Source: the human T2T-CHM13v2.0 reference genome, Homo sapiens. Taken from it: a DNA stretch of 64,000 nt. This document shows positions 57,946 to 64,000 of this stretch, piece by piece. A program made the position numbers and the translations under genes. The DNA lies in NCBI RefSeq assembly GCF_009914755.1, contig NC_060926.1; one strand, written 5' to 3'. The notes under the pieces were generated by a model. That model ran no database searches. It had not been told where the DNA came from and saw only the letters and a list, made by a program, of their open reading frames with translations. Positions within the stretch are counted from its first letter, which is position 1, and each line of letters begins with the position of its first letter.

Positions 57946-58164
57946 CTGTGGTTTTCATATGGGTGATCAGTGATCACCCTCCCGGAGACGTTTAGCAATG
58001 TTTGGAGATGTTCTTGGTCATCACAACTGGGGAGGGATTGCCACTGGCATTAAATGGATAGAAGCCAGGAATTTGCTAACCATCCTACACGGTACAGGAT
58101 AGCCCCCCACAGAAAAGAATTCTCAGACCCCAAATGACAATAGCGCTGAGGTTGAGAAACCCTG
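57946..58164. mobile_element. MER20 hAT-Charlie MITE
   Basis: cacaactgggg...actggcat...aacatcctaca-like...ccccccac..aaagaatt...gaggttgagaaaccctg. Confidence 0.88.
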
Positions 58165-59024
58165 CTCCGAAAAAGGCAAGCAAAGCCAGATCCACCATGT
58201 GAAATGAACATTCTTCTAAAATAAGCTACCCAGGAATATTGCCGCAACCATTTAACATACAAAGTGGGCCCTTCACTTTACATGAAAGTCACTGAAGTGC
58301 TCTAACAATCAGCTCTGATATTCAACTGTCAGTAGTTTATAGAACTGTAAAGTTCTATACATTCTACAGTTTATAGATCTGTAAAGTTCTGTAATAAGTA
58401 CAGGTTTTCAAGCTCTCATTTTGTTTGCAAACAATAAGGCAGAAATATTTTTAACAGCAAAACAAAACCAAATCTTTTTAACCTTTAAAACCTTTAAAAG
58501 TATCACTTTTTAAAGTCCTCCTTGGCTCTATTAATCAAATGCTTATTTACTTTTTCTTTCATATTTTGGATTGCTCTTTCTAAGAATTTTAAAATAAATA
58601 ATTAGTGGCATATGATAAAATAGAGCAATGACAATTTTTTAAAAATACAACCATATACATGTCATCAACTGAGTCCTTAGGCAATTAGAGGCTTTTCTTT
58701 AATAAAGAGAATAACTTCTTCAGAAATTTTAATTTGTACCATAATACTAAGATCACCTTAAATTCCAAATATTATAGTAATGTTTTAATGATTAAATTCT
58801 CTATTAATATATTTTACAAGAGTTACATGCGGTTTGAGAACAGCGTGACTTCAAAAATAATGATGGAAGTAAAAGAGAATATTTAGGACCCAAATGGAAT
58901 CTTCTGTTCCATATAAGACTTCACCCAGCAGCCTCTGCTAGAATACCACTGTAGAGCTAATCATTTTTGAAAGAAAGGATTGAAGGAAAGATGGAAAGCA
59001 AAACATTGACATTTGGATACCTAC

Positions 59025-59129
59025 AGAACTAAATCTGTGGATTTCTTCTTGGTTTACTCTCCTCACAGTTCGTCTCTTCTTCCAAAATTCACTGGGCTCC
59101 CGTTTAAAAACCTTCCCTCGAAAACTCAT
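59025..59129 (-). CDS. DOCK10: DOCK10 alternative first coding exon (DOCK10.2-type N-terminus), 35 codons MSFRGKVFKREPSEFWKKRRTVRRVNQEEIHRFSS
   Basis: ATG at 59129 with A at -3; 105 nt; donor TCT|GTAGGT at 59024; joins in phase 0 to QEKPRLLEP of the next exon; peptide resembles the recalled DOCK10 alternative N-terminus. Confidence 0.9.
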
Positions 59130-59660
59130 CGTATTGCTATAATTTGAGTCACAAAATATTTCAAAATATCAATGTCGTTAAACTCTTCTCTTCTGAAGCG
59201 TCACCAGGCTGAACAAATCTTTCTTCTTGGTAAAAAGGGAAATGCTCATGCTACATGAATGTAACTCAACAGAAAGGAAAGGAAAGCTGTCAAGTTACCA
59301 CTTCCTGTGAGTAACTAACTACCAGCTGTTCAGATACTGCTTTTGTGCATATATCCTCCCTCTTCACCTGCAATAAAGCAACACAAAATGACTTTGGACG
59401 TTTAAGAGAATTGTTCACAGCTAAATAAACCATATGATGTAAAACCACCCGTGCAACCAAATCAAGATTGAATTGAACAGTTAATTGACAACAGGGCTCC
59501 ACGGCTGTCAAAACAGCCACCCAAACTTTATAATTCTGGTTAGACTCCAAAAGTCAACTGTAATAATATGGCTGAGGTCTGAGAATTGTGTTTAAAGCAA
59601 TTGCTCTTGTTAAGTGTAGACTAAATAAGTGATCTTCCGAGGGGAGTTCCCAAAGTGATT
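59130..59660 (-). promoter_or_regulatory. DOCK10: Putative CpG-poor promoter/5' UTR of the DOCK10.2 first exon
   Basis: Immediately upstream of the ATG; AP-1 TGAGTCA 59145-59151, GAAAGGAAAGGAAA 59272-59285, ETS/RUNX-like ACAGGAAGTGGT (minus) 59297-59308, TATAAA (minus) 59527-59532, kB-type GGGAGTTCCC 59642-59651; TSS cannot be determined from sequence. Confidence 0.6.
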
Positions 59661-61809
59661 GTTTAGAGAACAAGAAGAAGATATTAGAATTTTTTGTATA
59701 TTGGCTATCTAAATAAAGAAATTATGCTTGACTATTATTTAATAGAATGCACACAGACATGGACTCCTTGAATCTGTATGTCAAATAGTTACAAAGAGCT
59801 ACAGAGTTAGTTCCCTCATCTTTAGATCTTCAAGCCCTTTCTCTGGGGCTATTTAATTTAAAAGTGCAGTTCTCCCCTCAAACCCACCCAGATGCTCTTT
59901 CCTGTTTTGATTTTCTCCATCACAGTCACTGACACGTAACACAACTGTACGGTTTATTTATTTGTTTTACTCAGGGTCTCTTCCTCTACCAGGCTGTATG
60001 TTCCATGAGCATGCAATTTCATTTCATTCACTGGGTCCTCAGTGATTAGAACACGCGGCACTCAAAAGGCTTTCAGTATATATTAGTTAAATATATGTTT
60101 AATAAAGAATAAATTAGGGATTTACATTTATTATGCTTAACAATGAACCTTGTCTCATATATATATTGTGCTTTGAAATATTAGCTATTGATAAAAGCCA
60201 TATAATTGATAAACAGATATACAATATAGGAGTATGTTCAGTTTTTTTCTACTAGGTGAAGCAGAAATATTTGGAGGCCACAGGACTAGGCTGTTCTCTT
60301 TTCCCCAGTAATAATTAGATTTAGTTGATAGGCACACATGTACCCCAGGCCTGAGCCATTCACCTGTCTCTACTTTGTCATGCAGTGATTTGTGCCAGAC
60401 AGGGAAAAAGGGATTCTGATTATTCCTGTCTTAGCATGCAGACTGAGAAGACCTTCTTTTGAAACCAATCAGAAAAATAGCATGATGCTATAAAATGACA
60501 GCTGGGGAGATAAATTATATCATTACTTTGTAATTGGCTTAGTTAGGCAAACTAAGGATTCCACTGAGCAGAAGTCCATTGATCCCTGGTCATTTGATAT
60601 TTAGAAATTCCACCATATGTCTTTAGTGCTAAACAGATTTCACCCTCAAAGTAACGCTTTGACATCTGACAGATGAACAGGTATGTTATAGTACATGCAG
60701 AATCTTCAGATTTATTATTTTTTCCTTATATGGTGTGATGAGAGTCTGACTCTGGATCACCTGATTTCCTGGGGTTAGATTATGTGTATATGTTGATGGC
60801 TAAAAATAGTATTTTATAATCCTTTTTAGATCATGAGCTCATTTTAAAATCTGATAAAAGCTATGAACCCACTCATCAGAAAAATATAAGCACTCAGAAA
60901 ATGTGCATGCATGGTCAAGAGTCACAAACTTCTGAAAACCATCTGTGGATCCATCCAACAATGGTGCCTTAAATTTCTGAATCACAGTTTTAGAAGATCA
61001 GCATACTGTCTTATAACAAAGCATTGAATAATCTTGAGAAACTGTTAAGCGACTTTCTGTCTGTCTAATATTTGCATCTATTTTGTCCTCTATTCCTCTT
61101 TAGGCACCACAGTTCTTTATCCTAGAGTTCCTCCCACTTTTCAACTTCTGCAATATGAGAATGACTCATTTCTCCATTTCCTCAGCTGCTAATCATAGCT
61201 TCCTGAAATATTGGCAAAAAGAGGCATCACCCGGCAGCATATGGGGATGTCAGATAGACAGAGTCTGTGTTGATGCAAAGGAGGGGAAAATCCAGAAGCA
61301 TGGCATGGAGTGTTCCATGGGATGGCACCGCTGGGCCCTCTACAGGCTTTCTTCTCCTCGTTTCTAGACCAAGCCTGTTTCTCAACCATTCTATGAGACA
61401 CTCCACACCATTCCAACACATTTCTTTTCTGCTTTAGTTTTAGAAACATATTGTTAATCAAAAGTCCTAGCTAGGACAATGGGCAAGAACCAGTAATAAG
61501 GAGCAATCAGAGATTTGTTGGCTTAGTTACAAGGAGATGCCTCCAAGTTCATTAGAAAAGAAATCCAAGACCAATAAATCATCAGAATTTATTAAGTACT
61601 GTATTCAAGACATCACTGAACTTTGTGAGAAAAATAAAACACCTTTCCTAGTTTTAAGAAGCTTGTATCCTACAGAGGAGTTCATTAGAGTTTGAAGGAG
61701 TCTGGGGAAGCTTTATAGAAAAGATATCTCTAAGGTAGGCTTTGAATAATAGGTGGGAATCAAAGAGATGAATGCAGAGGAAAGCATCCTGCTGGAAAGG
61801 AAATGTAGC

Positions 61810-62058
61810 AGAGGGGAGGCATCAAGGTAGAATGGTTAAAATTACAGAATCATCTGGGATTCAAATCCTGGATCCATCACTTCTTAACTGTGTGTCCTTT
61901 GGCCAATCACTCACCCTTTCCAGGCCTCAGTTTTCTCATCTGTAAAATAGGGATAGCATAGTCACTACCTTATAGGTTTGTGGTGAGGATAAATAAAATG
62001 ACATCTTAAAAATATCAACACATTGCCTTGCCTGGTACATAGTATGCATAACTATTAG
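61810..62058 (+). mobile_element. MIR
   Basis: ttcaaatcctgg...ctgtgtgtcctttgg...gcctcagttttctcatctgtaaaatagggat. Confidence 0.8.
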
Positions 62059-62479
62059 TTACAACAAAGGCAAAAAGGCAGGCCAAAGCAGAATATTTAA
62101 GAAAAAATTAGAAATCTGCCTGTCTACTGCCCAGGGTTAAATAGGAGAGGAGAGATAGAATCAATTGAAGGTAGAAGTCAGGAGCTAGTTCATGGAAGGC
62201 TTTGAATGCCAAGATAAGGAAAAGTTTCCACTGTATCCTGAAATCATGAGGAACCACTAAAGGATTTTTGAATTATAATTACAATAGTGCTTTAGAAAGA
62301 TTCATTCGGTAGCTACATGCAGGCTGGATTGCAGATAATTTGACCCAGAGATGGTTTGCATTAATCTAGATATTAACATAGGGTGGTGGAATACAGAAAA
62401 TTAGGCAACAGAAACATAACCATACATTTCAGGGAAATTATAAAGATCTAGCAATTAAATAAAAAATGAGAGCTGAAAT

Positions 62480-62680
62480 TTACTGAGCAAGTACTATGTG
62501 CTGGATGCTGGTCTAAATTTTTTATGGAACCTATTTAAATCATCCAACAACCCTGTGAGGTAAGTATTGTTATCATTGTTATCACCACTCCAGTTTTACA
62601 GAGGAATATTTGGGTTCTGGAGAAATTAAGCAATTGGCCCAAAGTCAGTAGCAGAGCTGGGATGTAAGTCCAGGGGGTCC
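62480..62680 (-). mobile_element. MIR
   Basis: tttactgagcaagtactatgtgc...aacaaccctgtgaggtaagt...ttttacagagga. Confidence 0.75.
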
Positions 62681-63770
62681 AGCTACTGAGCCCACCGTCT
62701 TAGCCAGAAGGGAAGTTCAAAGATGCCAGGTTTCTGACTGGCCATGAAGGAGATGGGTAATATGAGTGAGGGAAAAAGGGTGGTAAGAAGGGAGGGTTTC
62801 CCCCCTTTATTTAATGTGCAATGCTGATTTAGACATGTTGAATGTTGCATCCAGAAGATTGTCAAAAGGGAAAGTCCAGCTGTTATATGTGTGCCTAGAA
62901 CTTAAGAAAAAGTTAGGACTGGAGACGTGGAGCAGAAAGTCATGAAAATAACTAAATTTAAAAGTCTAAAAGTAAACTGAATTTTTGGAGAACAGATTAA
63001 CAGAATTAAGAACACAGTCTTGAAGTTCCTTTACATATGGTAGATGGAGGGCAATTCAGGAAATACTGAGAAGGCATAGAGATAAAAGGGGAAATTACGG
63101 AGCCATTACAGAGCCTCAATGTCCTGGACAGGTGAGGTTAAGGAAGGTGCTGCATGGCATCTGAACAGAGATGGATGTAGGGCCTGGCAATGTCTAAAAA
63201 GATTCAGTGTGAGAGATAGACAGGCTGAAAACTAAGGACCTTGCAGTTTTGGATCTAGACATACTTGTGCTTAAATCTTCAGCTGTCTATTAGATAACGT
63301 CCAGCAAGGTATTTGACTTATCTCTGCCTAACTTTTATATGTAAGAATAGAGCAATTAGTTTATAGCTTATAGGGTTGCTGTGAAACAATATATGTGAGT
63401 CCCTGGAGTTGTGAACAAAATATATATATGTGTATGTATAATGGCTAAGATTCCTATCTGTGTATATACATAAACTATTATTATTGAACATAATGGGTAT
63501 TTGTCATTTCTTATGTAAGTATGTATTTATGTATATACATATATATGCATGCATATATGTACATACAAAACGCACAGTCTCACATATTCTTATATAAGAA
63601 TTCAAAGTCTGGTCCCATGGTGTCCAGTCAGAAAGTAAGTTTGCCATTTTCAGTAGAGAAGAGGCTAGATGTTTGGAAATTAAGTAAGATGGGACACTTA
63701 ACCATGATTTAGAGACATGGGAATTTGAATGCTAAAATGTCAGAAACCTAAGAAAAAGTTCTGGCAATCT

Positions 63771-64000
63771 GTATTAGTTTTCTATTGCCACTGTAACAAA
63801 CTGCCACACATTTAGTGGCTTACATCAACCTCCATTTATGATCTGTTTTCATGGGTCAGAAATCTGCATTCAGTGCGGCTCAGCTGACTCTCTGCTTGGA
63901 GAACCACAAGACTTAAACCTAAGTGTCAACAGGGTGGTATCTCTTTCTGGAGGCTCCAGGGGAGAAGCTGTCTTCAGGCACATGCAAGGTTGTTGGCAAA
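63771..64000 (-). mobile_element. MaLR LTR (MLT1-like), running off the window end
   Basis: tgtattagttttctattgc..ctgtaacaaa...tttagtggctta...gggtcagaaatctg...ctggaggctccaggggagaa. Confidence 0.8.

Noticed and set aside
59290-59550. 86-aa ORF upstream of the first exon
   Set aside because: No recognisable homology or splice link to DOCK10; lies in the promoter region.

Overview
AT-rich, repeat-dense primate genomic DNA, almost certainly human because it carries an AluYb8-lineage insertion. The window covers the 5' part of DOCK10 (Zizimin3, a DOCK-D family Cdc42/Rac GEF) on the minus strand. Four spliced coding exons can be read directly: the alternative first exon of the DOCK10.2 isoform (59129-59025) and exons 2 (43846-43727), 3 (28960-28871) and 4 (8556-8474). 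They join in frame through canonical GT-AG introns. The rest is intron or upstream DNA: about 20 Alus, L1/L2/MIR remnants, MaLR LTRs, MER DNA transposons, microsatellites and a ~1.5 kb TG-rich repeat. I found no convincing new multi-gene system. The most notable observations are a tailless tRNA-His retrocopy that seems to keep a precursor 5' leader, an 86-nt near-perfect intronic hairpin, inverted Alus tightly enclosing exon 3, a candidate in-frame 141-nt cassette exon in intron 4, a candidate antisense spliced transcript, and an old 5'-inverted L1 with fold-back duplications. Repeat subfamily calls are from recalled consensus sequences, and old-repeat boundaries are approximate.
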